Source of the DNA: Vicinamibacteria bacterium
GTDB lineage: Bacteria; Acidobacteriota; Vicinamibacteria; Fen-336
Direction of reading: 5' to 3'
DNA: 64,000 bases
Assembly (NCBI GenBank): GCA_963578825.1
Contig: CAUZDW010000015.1
Span: 6,703 to 70,702, forward strand
The notes beneath the pieces were generated by a model. That model did no database searches, was not told the DNA's origin, and saw only the letters and a list, made by a program, of their open reading frames with translations. Positions 1 to 10,061 of the stretch are shown here, piece after piece. How positions within the stretch are numbered: the stretch's first letter is position 1; every line of letters starts with the position of its first letter. The translations under genes and the position numbers were made by a program.

Positions 1-303
1 CGCCGCATCCTCTCGCAGCTCAAGTGCGGCGCCGCCCTCGTCACCCGGGGCGAGCACGGGATGAGCCTCTTCGAGCGAGGCCGCTCCCCCGTCCACGTCT
101 CGGCCTCCGCTCGAGAGGTTTTCGATGTGACCGGCGCCGGCGACAGCGTCATTGCCACGATGGCCCTCGCCGTCGTGGCCGGCGCTACGCTGCCCGAAGC
201 CGCTGTCCTGGCCAACTGCGCCGCGGGAGTCGTGGTCGGCAAGGTCGGCACGACACAGGCGACGCCGGACGAGGTGCTCGCCACCCTGCGCGGCGGCGCC
301 TGA
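1..303 (+). CDS. pfkB-family carbohydrate kinase, C-terminal part (RfaE/HldE heptose-7-phosphate kinase-like); 5' end lies outside the window
   Basis: Frame +1 runs open from base 1 to the TGA at 301-303. The motif DVTGAGDSVIATMALAVVAGA...ANCAAGVVVGKVGT is the pfkB C-terminal signature (DTxGAGD plus anion hole). Confidence 0.6.
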   Translation, partial: RRILSQLKCGAALVTRGEHGMSLFERGRSPVHVSASAREVFDVTGAGDSVIATMALAVVAGATLPEAAVLANCAAGVVVGKVGTTQATPDEVLATLRGGA

Positions 304-352
304 GGAGGCAGAGAGGCCGCAGGCCAGGCGGCGCCTGCGGCCCCGAGAGACG

Positions 353-826
353 TCACCCGTCGATGGGCGCCGACTCTCTTCGAGGGCGGCGCGTCCTCTG
401 TTGACGGCCCTTGTGGCCGGAGCCACGGGCCGCCTTGAGGGCCTCGAACTTCTCCTGCTGCTCTGCGGTCAGGACGGACGAGAGCTGAGCTTCGAACGCC
501 GCCCGAGCCGACTCCACGCTCTTCTTGTGAGCGTAGACGGCCTTGGCGGCCTCGCCGACGAGGATCTCTGGCTCGTCGGCCTCGAGGGACTCCTGAACCC
601 TCCGCCGCAGGATGCGGCCCTCCTCCTGGAGCGGCCTCATGTCATCGCGGTGCTGAGCGTGGAGGGCGCGCCACTGCTCCTGCTGCCGTTCATCGAGGCC
701 CAGGTACTGGATGGCACCCTCGCCGCTCCCGCGCCCCTCGGGATGACCCTGCCGCTGCTGCAGGGCAGCGGCAGGCACGGCGCAAAGGGCCGCTCCCAGG
801 ATCGTGACACCGATGATTCTCTTCAT
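353..826 (-). CDS. periplasmic LTXXQ-motif protein (Spy/CpxP/ZraP-like chaperone family)
   Basis: N-terminal signal peptide MKRIIGVTILGAALCAVPAAA. Charged helical repeats contain LTAEQQEKFEAL (LTXXQ). Its start overlaps the upstream stop by ATGA. Confidence 0.5.
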   Translation of the reverse strand: MKRIIGVTILGAALCAVPAAALQQRQGHPEGRGSGEGAIQYLGLDERQQEQWRALHAQHRDDMRPLQEEGRILRRRVQESLEADEPEILVGEAAKAVYAHKKSVESARAAFEAQLSSVLTAEQQEKFEALKAARGSGHKGRQQRTRRPRRESAPIDG

Positions 827-3300
827 GGCTCTCTCCTCGCTTCGTCATTCCCCGTCTCTTTGGAACGCTCGGAGGGAGCCAGGGTTGAATCCCCGCCAGC
901 CGGCGAAGAGCGCCGGGGAACCACGAACGCCAGAATGAAGATCAGGAGGAGGCTCAGGCCGCTGAGGGCCAGACCGGCCAGGGCGAGCGGCGGCCGATAG
1001 GCCATCTCGACGACGTGACGGCCAGCGGGAACGGCGACCGCACGGAACGCGAGATTGGCTCTCAGGAGGGCCGCGGGCCGGCCGTCGACCTGCGCCAGCC
1101 AGCCAGGATCGTACGTGTCGACCAGGACGACGTGGCCGTCCGTGGAGAGCTCAACGTCCAGGCGGACGCGGTCCGCGGTCTCTTCGGCAATGCGCACCAA
1201 CGAGGAGAAATCGGCCGGCGCACTTCGGGCCAGGACGGTCTCCAGTAGCACCTCGTCCCGTGGCTCGAAGGCCGGGTCCAGAATAGCGCCGACCGTGTCG
1301 ATCCCCACGGCCGTGCGGGTGCCACCCACGGCGTACGCCCGGGGAAGCGGATCGGGCACCCCCAGGAGCAGGATGGGATCCGGAAACAGACCCGGGATCT
1401 CGTCGAGGGGCTCCAGCTCGTCGCCGCCCACTCGATGGAGACCCACCACGTGGGTCACGGCTCCCACCTGCAACAGCCGGAGGAGACCGCCCGGCTGATC
1501 CTCCACCAGGCGGGCGAGGTGTGTCATCCGGGCGAGAGACTCCGAGTGCAGGCCGCGATAGTCGATGTCGAACGCCTGCAGCAGATCCCAGCGTCCCGCG
1601 GTCTGGGGCACGAGGCTCAACTGCATCCCGAGGGCTGTCGCCGCCGCGGCCGACCACCCGGGCGGGACACCGATCACCTGGTGCGCGTAACGACGGCCGA
1701 GCCGCCGCATCGCCACGCCCGGGTCGCTGTAGTCGTAGGAGTAGACCCGGACACTCGCCGGATCGCCGATGGCCTCGAGGACCTCGGGACGGTACACATA
1801 GAGCCCGGGCGGTGCCATCGGGTTGGGCCGGGGGTGCACCAGGGCGAGATCGCAGATGGCGACGGCAGCGAGACCGCCGGCGAGCAGAGCCGGGCTCCAG
1901 TTCCGTCGCGCCGCGAGCCAGGCCAGCGAGAGCGCCACCAGGGCCAGGGCCGCCCGAGTGCCCAGGGCCTGTCCCAGGGGCCGCAGCAGCGCGGCGACGG
2001 TCGCCGAAGGGCCGTCGCCGAACGCGAGCATTGGACGGAACGCGTGGGGAGACGTCAGGAGAAGGACGGCGGCGACACCGCTGGCGACACCGAGAATCGC
2101 CAGGGGCACGAGCGCGCGGCGCAGGTGTCGGTTCGACGCCGGGTGGCTGCGCCAGACCTCCATGCCCAACGCGGACAGAGCCGCCCAGGCGAATCCGACC
2201 AGGACCATGGCCTTCACGGGGTAGCGGAGGAGGCGCAGCGGCGGGACGAGAGTGGTGAGCCCATCGTAGAGAGGCGTGTGGGGGCCGAGTGCGACGAGCA
2301 GAGCCCCGAGGCCCAACCCCGCGAGGACGAACCGCCTCCGGCCGGGCGCACCCAGGAGGCCCGCCGCGACGAGGACCACCGCGGGCAGTCCGAGATAGAG
2401 GGACGTGAGGAACGGCTCGCGGCTCCGGCCGAGGGCTGCGGCGACGGCGGGGGCGAGGGGCAGGCTCCCGGGCACGCCCGGCGCCACCGTCTCGGCCAGC
2501 TCCAGCGGATGGAGCGACCAGTAGGTTCGGACGGACTCGGGCAGATCACGTCGAGACGAGCGGGAGACCACGTCGAGAGCCGCGAGCCAGAGGCCGGCCG
2601 AGAGGGCGACGGCCAGCGCGAGGGCCAAAGCGCCGCCGGCGACGAGGGGACGCCACGCCCGCCACCCCGCGCGCCAGGGCACGTGCAGCGCGGCGACCCA
2701 GGCGCCCAGGGCCAGGAGGGTCATGGCACACATCTCGGCGGAGCCGGCCAGGATCTGGAGCCCGAGGACGAGCCCGAGGACGGCCACGTCCCGGAGACGC
2801 CGGCGCTCGATCGCCCGCTCGGTCGTCAGGAAGACCGCCGGAATCCAGGCCGCGCTGGCGAAGTGGTGCCACAGGTCCACCAGGGAGAGGAACGGCCCTC
2901 CGAGGACCCAGATCGCCGCCCCCACCACCGCGGATAACCGGGCGACGGGAAAGCGTCGAGCCAGGGCGTAGAACGCCAGTCCGGAGAAGAGCACGTGGAC
3001 GAAGGCGAACACGGTGTAGTACGTCCAGGGCTCCAGGAGCAGGGTGAGCCATGTGAGCGGGTAGAGAACCTGGGCACCGGGGTCGGCCAGCAGGGGCTGG
3101 CCAAAGGCCGGGCTCGGGTCCCAGAGAGGCCATCCCCCGCCCGTCCACGCCCGGACGAACCCGCGGATCTGCGAGTGCCAGGCCAGGTGGACGTCGCGCT
3201 TGAAGAAGACCGCCCCGCCGAAGAGGGGCTCGCGAAACAGAGCGACCACCAGGACGGCCAGGCTGTAGAGGGCGAGGCGCTCGGCCTGCTTCTCCCGCAC
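823..3300 (-). CDS. YfhO-family polytopic membrane protein (putative glycosyltransferase)
   Basis: 825 aa. A multi-TM N-terminal half is followed by a large extracytoplasmic region and one C-terminal TM, which is the YfhO architecture. Residue composition is protein-like. Confidence 0.65.
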   Translation of the reverse strand: MREKQAERLALYSLAVLVVALFREPLFGGAVFFKRDVHLAWHSQIRGFVRAWTGGGWPLWDPSPAFGQPLLADPGAQVLYPLTWLTLLLEPWTYYTVFAFVHVLFSGLAFYALARRFPVARLSAVVGAAIWVLGGPFLSLVDLWHHFASAAWIPAVFLTTERAIERRRLRDVAVLGLVLGLQILAGSAEMCAMTLLALGAWVAALHVPWRAGWRAWRPLVAGGALALALAVALSAGLWLAALDVVSRSSRRDLPESVRTYWSLHPLELAETVAPGVPGSLPLAPAVAAALGRSREPFLTSLYLGLPAVVLVAAGLLGAPGRRRFVLAGLGLGALLVALGPHTPLYDGLTTLVPPLRLLRYPVKAMVLVGFAWAALSALGMEVWRSHPASNRHLRRALVPLAILGVASGVAAVLLLTSPHAFRPMLAFGDGPSATVAALLRPLGQALGTRAALALVALSLAWLAARRNWSPALLAGGLAAVAICDLALVHPRPNPMAPPGLYVYRPEVLEAIGDPASVRVYSYDYSDPGVAMRRLGRRYAHQVIGVPPGWSAAAATALGMQLSLVPQTAGRWDLLQAFDIDYRGLHSESLARMTHLARLVEDQPGGLLRLLQVGAVTHVVGLHRVGGDELEPLDEIPGLFPDPILLLGVPDPLPRAYAVGGTRTAVGIDTVGAILDPAFEPRDEVLLETVLARSAPADFSSLVRIAEETADRVRLDVELSTDGHVVLVDTYDPGWLAQVDGRPAALLRANLAFRAVAVPAGRHVVEMAYRPPLALAGLALSGLSLLLIFILAFVVPRRSSPAGGDSTLAPSERSKETGNDEARREP

Positions 3301-3306
3301 CTGCTA

Positions 3307-4878
3307 CTAGTGGCGGAAGTGGCGGACGCCTGTGAACACCATGGCAAGATCGTGCTCGTCGGCCGCCGCGATGGTTTCTTCGTCCCGCACCGAGCCGCCG
3401 GGCTGGATGATCGCTGTGGCACCCGTCTTCGCGATCTCGTCGATCCCGTCGCGGAACGGGAAGAAGGCGTCCGAGGCCACGACCGTGCCGGCCAGGGGGA
3501 GCACCGCCTTCTCGGCAGCGAATCGCGCGGCGTCGACCCGGCTCATCTGGCCCGCGCCCACCCCCACGGTCTGCACCGCGTTGGCGTAGACGATGGCGTT
3601 GGACTTGACGTGCTTGACCACGGTCCACCCGAAGAGGAGAGCCTTCCACTCTTCATCGGTGGGAGCCCGCTTGGTCACCACCTCGCAGCGATCACGCTCG
3701 ATCTGGTGCAGATCCCACTGCTGCGCCAGCAGCCCCCCCATGACCCGCCGCTGGTCGAACCCGCTCACTTTGTGGATGCTGGTGGTGTCCATGTTCAGCA
3801 CCCGAAGGTTCTTCTTCTTCGACAGGACCGCGACCGCCGCCGCATCGAACCCAGGAGCGATGATCGCCTCCACGAAGTGGGCCGTGGCCTTGCTGGCCGC
3901 CGCCTCGTCGACGCGCTCGTTGAAGGCGATGATCCCGCCGAACGCCGAGGTGGGGTCGCAGGCCCAGGCCCGCTCGCAGGCCTCCACCGAGCTCTCCCCA
4001 AGACCGGTCCCACACGGGTTCGTGTGCTTCACGATGACGCAAGCGGTCTCGTCGAGCTCCGTGGCCAGGCGCCACGCCGCGTCCAGGTCGAGGATGTTGT
4101 TGAAGGAGAGCTCCTTGCCCTGCAGCTTTCGGGCCGATGCCACCGAGTACAGCGTCGATCCCAGGTCGGAATAGAAGGCGGCCCGCTGATGTGGGTTCTC
4201 CCCGTACCGCAGGTCCTGCACCTTCTCGAATGTGGGACTCAGGCGATAGGGGAAGGTGTCGTCGTTCTCGGCGGGCACGTATGCCCCGTCCTGCACCTCC
4301 ACCTGGGCAAAGTAGCCGGCGATGGCGGCCTCGTACCGGGCGGTGTGGCGGAAGGCCTTTTGAGCCAGGTAGAGGCGGGTCGCGGCATCGATCCCGTCTG
4401 GACGGTCGAGCTGCTCGAGAAGGAGCCCGTAGTCGGCCGGGTCGACCAGCACCGCCACGTCCCTGAAGTTCTTGGCCGCGGCGCGGACCATGGTGGGGCC
4501 GCCAATGTCCACATTCTCGATGGCCTCGTCGAACGTGCAACCCTTGGACACGCGATCCTCGAACGGGTAGAGATTGACCACTACCACGTCGATGGGAGTG
4601 ATCTTCTGCTTCTCGAGGGCCTTCCGATGCTCGCTCACGTCACGCCGGGCGAGAATGCCGCCGTGGATCTTCGGGTGGAGCGTCTTCACTCGCCCGTCCA
4701 GGATCTCCGGGAACCCCGTGGCCTTCGAGACACCCGTGACCTTCACCCTGGCCTTCTTGAGCTCGGCGGCGGTCCCCCCGGTGGAGAGGATCTCGAATCC
4801 CCGCTCGGTGAGGCCACGGGCGAGGTCGACCACACCATCCTTGCGGTACACCGACAGGAGCGCTCTTCTAGCGGTCAT
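3307..4878 (-). CDS. purH: bifunctional AICAR transformylase / IMP cyclohydrolase
   Basis: [23 protein letters not shown]...[15 protein letters not shown] is a classic PurH N-terminus. The full length is about 523 aa. I took the ATG at 4876-4878 as the start; the ORF track extends 44 low-complexity codons further upstream. Confidence 0.9.
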   Translation of the reverse strand: MTARRALLSVYRKDGVVDLARGLTERGFEILSTGGTAAELKKARVKVTGVSKATGFPEILDGRVKTLHPKIHGGILARRDVSEHRKALEKQKITPIDVVVVNLYPFEDRVSKGCTFDEAIENVDIGGPTMVRAAAKNFRDVAVLVDPADYGLLLEQLDRPDGIDAATRLYLAQKAFRHTARYEAAIAGYFAQVEVQDGAYVPAENDDTFPYRLSPTFEKVQDLRYGENPHQRAAFYSDLGSTLYSVASARKLQGKELSFNNILDLDAAWRLATELDETACVIVKHTNPCGTGLGESSVEACERAWACDPTSAFGGIIAFNERVDEAAASKATAHFVEAIIAPGFDAAAVAVLSKKKNLRVLNMDTTSIHKVSGFDQRRVMGGLLAQQWDLHQIERDRCEVVTKRAPTDEEWKALLFGWTVVKHVKSNAIVYANAVQTVGVGAGQMSRVDAARFAAEKAVLPLAGTVVASDAFFPFRDGIDEIAKTGATAIIQPGGSVRDEETIAAADEHDLAMVFTGVRHFRH

Positions 4879-5668
4879 GTTGTCTCCGGTTCTCTGGGAC
4901 GTGGGTCTCGGCCGTGACCTCGCGATCCTGTGGGGTGACCTCGACGGGCGTCCGCATCGAGGTCGTGTCGCCCCGCGCCTCGCGCCACACCGCCAGCCAC
5001 GTGGCGGCAATGCCGGTCACCGCGCGAGAGTAGGAAAGCGAGGCCACCGCCCATGCGGGGGAACGGTAGTCGAGCCGACGATGGTCGACGAGGCGGCCGT
5101 CGCGAAACAGCTCCGTGCGGATCACCGGGGCCTGCGGGCGACTTCGATCGAGCATCGATTGCCACAGCTCGGGAAGGTGCTCGCGAGTAACCTCGAGGGC
5201 CTCGGAATCGTCGAGGACCACCGGCATCCGGTCGAGGTTGGCGTCGAGGAGCGCATAGTACTCGCGCGGCACCCCGGCGGGCCATCCCTCCGGGACGCCC
5301 ACGAGAATCGGATCGGCGATGTCGGCCGGGACACGCAGGAGCCCTCCGAGCCGCACGAGGCCCTCGCTGACCCGGCCCTCCTTCAAGAGCGTCACCACCC
5401 GGCCGGTCTCGTAGTCCAGCGCGGCCAGCGTCTCGGGTTGCAACCGCCCCCCGGGGATCTCCACTGCCAGCGCCCGGACGATGTCCGGCGGGAAGCGGTC
5501 GATCTCCCTCCGGATCTGCGTCTCTCGCTCCCCCAGCAGCCGCGACAGCGACCGCGGCAGCAGCCGGCGGGCGTCCCGAGACAGAGCCGTCATCGTCTCC
5601 GCGGGCCAGGCCAGGGCCGGATCCGGGAGGAGTGCGAGCAGGATGATCGGAAAGAGACTTCGCTTCAA
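4868..5668 (-). CDS. secreted hypothetical protein
   Basis: A TTG start (GTG alternative at 5674) gives MKRSLFPIILLALLPDPALA|WPAE, a clean Sec signal peptide. The same frame stays open upstream to the ATG at 5938, so a longer fused product cannot be excluded. Its end overlaps the purH start by 11 nt. Confidence 0.4.
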   Translation of the reverse strand: MKRSLFPIILLALLPDPALAWPAETMTALSRDARRLLPRSLSRLLGERETQIRREIDRFPPDIVRALAVEIPGGRLQPETLAALDYETGRVVTLLKEGRVSEGLVRLGGLLRVPADIADPILVGVPEGWPAGVPREYYALLDANLDRMPVVLDDSEALEVTREHLPELWQSMLDRSRPQAPVIRTELFRDGRLVDHRRLDYRSPAWAVASLSYSRAVTGIAATWLAVWREARGDTTSMRTPVEVTPQDREVTAETHVPENRRQHDR

Positions 5669-5670
5669 CG

Positions 5671-6263
5671 TCACTTCACGATCCGCGCCTTGAGCGACAC
5701 CTTTTCCCTTGCTCGAGTCCAGGCGGAAGTCCACCGCCCGGGCTCCCTTGTCACCCAGGATCTTCGCGGTCTGCTGTCCGATGAGCTGCCTGAAGCTCTC
5801 GTAGGCCGGCGCCTCCCCCTCGCCGAGGCACTGGCGCTCCTCCACGTAGCGCTGGTAAAGAGCCTGCACCTGCGCGTCGTCGGCTTCCACACTCCCGATA
5901 CGAAACTCACGACCGGTCCCTCCGCCGCCCGCGGGCATGCGGTGCTCCCGCTCGGGCGCCGGCGGGGGAAGGACGTCGGCCTTCAGCCCGTGGACACCGA
6001 AGGTCTTGCCCTCCTCCCGGGCCCGCAGTCTCTTCTGCCACAGCTCGTTGAACGTGTTGAAGCGGGCGGTGAGGGTCTGATAGCGGAAGCGCGCCGTGCT
6101 GTTGCTGATCTCCTGGTACGCGTACTCCCGAATCGTCTTCTCGACCCTGCGCTGCAGCTCGTTGGGCGGCTTGGCTTCTATGCCGGTGAAGAACAGCTCC
6201 CACTTGCGTATGCAGCTGGCGGATGTTGGTGTTGAGGAGATCGATGTCTTCGGAGAGACCCAT
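5671..6263 (-). pseudogene. conserved hypothetical protein with an apparent +1 frameshift; true pseudogene or sequencing indel
   Basis: The ATG at 6263 lies 2 nt after the TGA of the upstream ORF. It encodes MGLSEDIDLLNTNIRQLHTQ, then reads as garbage. The protein-like sequence continues in the +1 frame: WELFFTGIEAKPPNELQRRVEKTIREYAYQEISNSTARFRYQTLTARFNTFNELWQKRL...FRQLIGQQTAKILGDKGARAVDFRLDSSKGKG. Both alternative frames hit stops immediately before the TTG/GTG start of the next gene. Confidence 0.35.
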
Positions 6264-6265
6264 GG

Positions 6266-6673
6266 TCAGGCCTCCCCGCCCACGAAGATCCAGAAGAGCG
6301 GAAGCCACAGCTCGTGTCCATAGGGCGCCTTCTTGCCGTCGATCTCCACCTCGGTGCCCGTGCGACCACGCACGAGCTCGAAGAGGTCCCGCAGCGTTCG
6401 CGCGGCGCCCGGGTCGAAGGCGGCGTGGTGGACGCGATCGCCCGCCTCCCCGTCCTCCCGGTAGACCGGAGACAGACGTGCGAGCTCGACCGCGCGCTCG
6501 TATTCCGAGCCCTCGAAAGCCTCGAAGCTCAGGCCGACACGGACGGGCCGGGGGCGGCGGCCGGGATAGAGAAGGTCGACCATTTCGTCGGAGAGATGGG
6601 AGACGTCCTCCTCGTCCCGCGGCAACACCCGCGGCAGGCGGTCCGCAAAGTCCGGCGGGCGCTCCCGACGCAT
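6266..6673 (-). CDS. hypothetical protein (135 aa)
   Basis: Protein-like composition: EMVDLLYPG...YERAVELARLSPVYREDGE...ELWLPLFWIF. Divergent from selA. No family recognised. Confidence 0.35.
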   Translation of the reverse strand: MRRERPPDFADRLPRVLPRDEEDVSHLSDEMVDLLYPGRRPRPVRVGLSFEAFEGSEYERAVELARLSPVYREDGEAGDRVHHAAFDPGAARTLRDLFELVRGRTGTEVEIDGKKAPYGHELWLPLFWIFVGGEA

Positions 6674-6774
6674 CGGGCGAGGATACCACGGGCCCCGCCT
6701 CCGGCGGCAGGCCGCGCACCGGCCCTCCGGCGTGCTCGCTCGGCGGAGGGTTCGGGCGTGTATAGTCTTCTTCC

Positions 6775-8169
<1,395 letters not shown>

Positions 8170-8175
8170 GACGCA

Positions 8176-8526
8176 TCACAGCGCGTTCAGATCACCGTGT
8201 ACGGTCTCCCCCTCGAACAGGGTCAGAAGAACCCGGGTCTCGGAGATGTCGGCCGGATCGATCTCGAACACGTTTTGATCGAGATCGATCAGGTCGGCCA
8301 GTTTGCCGACCTCGATCGAACCGGTCCGGTCCTCGTGCTTGTTCAGGAATGCCGCATTGATGGTGAACGCGACCAGGGCCGCCAGCAGGCCGGCGAGGCT
8401 GAGGGGGGCCGAGGGCGTGGGCTTGCCCTTCGGCGAAAACGCCTGGACCAGGAGGACGACGAGGCCCGTCGCGGCCACGATCATCGCGGGGACGATCGGC
8501 CTGAGGTCCAGCTCGCCGCCGCTCAC
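8176..8526 (-). pseudogene. chimeric ORF: about 50 codons of the nuoN 5' end fused in-frame to about 65 codons of an amidohydrolase 3' end
   Basis: The start overlaps the nuoM stop by ATGA, as expected for nuoN, and MSGGELDLRPIVPAMIVAATGLVVLLVQAF is a NuoN-like first TM. The tail TINAAFLNKHEDRTGSIEVGKLADLIDLDQNVFEIDPADISETRVLLTLFEGETVHGD is the canonical amidohydrolase C-terminus. No further NuoN sequence occurs in any frame before convergent selA. Confidence 0.6.
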
Positions 8527-10061
8527 CGCTGCACCTCGCCGGGCACCGACTGCAGATCGGCGCCTGCGGCGGCAACCGACTTGGTCTTGTCATGCACTTG
8601 CAGGACGAGGGCGTCGGCCGCCGGCTCGATGCGCCTGGTGAAGTAGGGGCTGGCCACGCCCATGATGATCGCGAGGGCGACCAGGGGGACGAGGATCACC
8701 GCCTCACGAAGGCTGAGGTCCGAGAGCTTCCGGTTCTTCGGGTGGGTCACCTCTCCATGGAACACCCGCTTCACGAGCCACAGCATGTAGGAGGCCGCCA
8801 GGACGACGCCCAGAGAAGCGAACACCACGAGGGTCGGACTGAAGGGCCACGCCCCGACGAGGATCAGGAACTCGCCCACGAAGCCGTTGAAGCCGGGCAC
8901 GGCGATGGACGAGAGGCTGATCATCAGGAACACCGCCGCGTACCAGGGCATCACCGACTTGAGGCCGCCGAACTCCGAGATGAGCCGGGTGTGGCGCCGG
9001 TCGTAGAGCATCCCCACCAGGAAGAAGAGCGCCCCGGTGGAGATGCCGTGGCTCAGCATCTGGAAGACCGAGCCGACGAGGCTCGTGGTGGTGCAGGCGG
9101 CGATCCCGAGCATCACGAAGCCGAGGTGGGACACCGACGAGTACGCCACGAGCTTCTTCAGATCGGGCTGGACCAGCGCGACGAGGGCTCCGTAGAGGAT
9201 CCCGATGACGGCCAGAACGGCGATGAACGGGGCGAAGCGCATCGCCGCATCCGGGAAGAGAGGAAAGGCGATTCGCAGGAAGCCGTAGCCCCCCATCTTC
9301 AGCAGCACCCCAGCCAGGAGGACCGAGCCCGCCGTCGGCGCCTCCACGTGAGCATCGGGCAGCCACGTGTGGAACGGGAACATCGGGACCTTGATGGCGA
9401 AGGCCAGGGCGCAAGACAAGAAGAGCCAGGTCTGGATCGCCGGGTCCACCGGGACCGCCACGAGGGCGGCCAGATCGAAGGAGCGCACGCCGGCCACCCG
9501 GTACAGAACGAGGAAAGCGACCAGCATCACCACGCTGCCGGCAAAGGTGTAGAGAAAGAACTTCACGGCGGCGTAGATGCGCCGCTCGTGCCCCCAGACC
9601 CCAATGAGGAAGTACATCGGGATGAGCATCGCTTCCCAGAACACATAGAAGAGGAAGAGGTCGAGGGCCACGAAGACCCCGATCATCCCCGCCTCGAGCA
9701 ACAGCATGAAGATGATGAACTCGCGCACGCGCTTTGCGATGGAGCTCCACGACCCCAGGAGGGCCAGCGGCGTGAGGAAGGTGGCGAGTACGACGAGCCA
9801 CAGGGAAAGCCCGTCGATGCCCACGTGGTACGAGATCCCCCAGTCCGGAATCCACGGCGCCCGTTCCACGAACTGCATGCCCGCAACGTCCTCGAAACCG
9901 CGAACGAGGAGAAGCGACAGCCCGAAGCCCACGGTGGAGAAGACCAGGCCGAGAATCTTCTGCAGGGTCTTCGACTCGCGCCGGGTCACCGCGATGGCCA
10001 GCGCGCCCACCACGGGCAGGAGAATCAGGAGCGTGATCAGGTGTTGGTTCAGGACACTCAT
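8523..10061 (-). CDS. nuoM: NADH-quinone oxidoreductase subunit M
   Basis: 512 aa antiporter-like subunit. Motifs FELMLIPMYFLIGVWG, HTWLPDAHVEAPTAGSVLLAGVLLKMGGYG and KKLVAYSSVSHLGFV. Confidence 0.9.
   Translation of the reverse strand: MSVLNQHLITLLILLPVVGALAIAVTRRESKTLQKILGLVFSTVGFGLSLLLVRGFEDVAGMQFVERAPWIPDWGISYHVGIDGLSLWLVVLATFLTPLALLGSWSSIAKRVREFIIFMLLLEAGMIGVFVALDLFLFYVFWEAMLIPMYFLIGVWGHERRIYAAVKFFLYTFAGSVVMLVAFLVLYRVAGVRSFDLAALVAVPVDPAIQTWLFLSCALAFAIKVPMFPFHTWLPDAHVEAPTAGSVLLAGVLLKMGGYGFLRIAFPLFPDAAMRFAPFIAVLAVIGILYGALVALVQPDLKKLVAYSSVSHLGFVMLGIAACTTTSLVGSVFQMLSHGISTGALFFLVGMLYDRRHTRLISEFGGLKSVMPWYAAVFLMISLSSIAVPGFNGFVGEFLILVGAWPFSPTLVVFASLGVVLAASYMLWLVKRVFHGEVTHPKNRKLSDLSLREAVILVPLVALAIIMGVASPYFTRRIEPAADALVLQVHDKTKSVAAAGADLQSVPGEVQR

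Noticed and set aside
6230-6268. Bacterial SECIS-type hairpin immediately 3' of the in-frame TGA on the minus strand
   Set aside because: Only a weak, interrupted stem (ccg/aaga … tctt/cgg) with an oversized loop could be drawn. It is nothing like the compact stem-loop with apical GU seen 3' of Sec codons.
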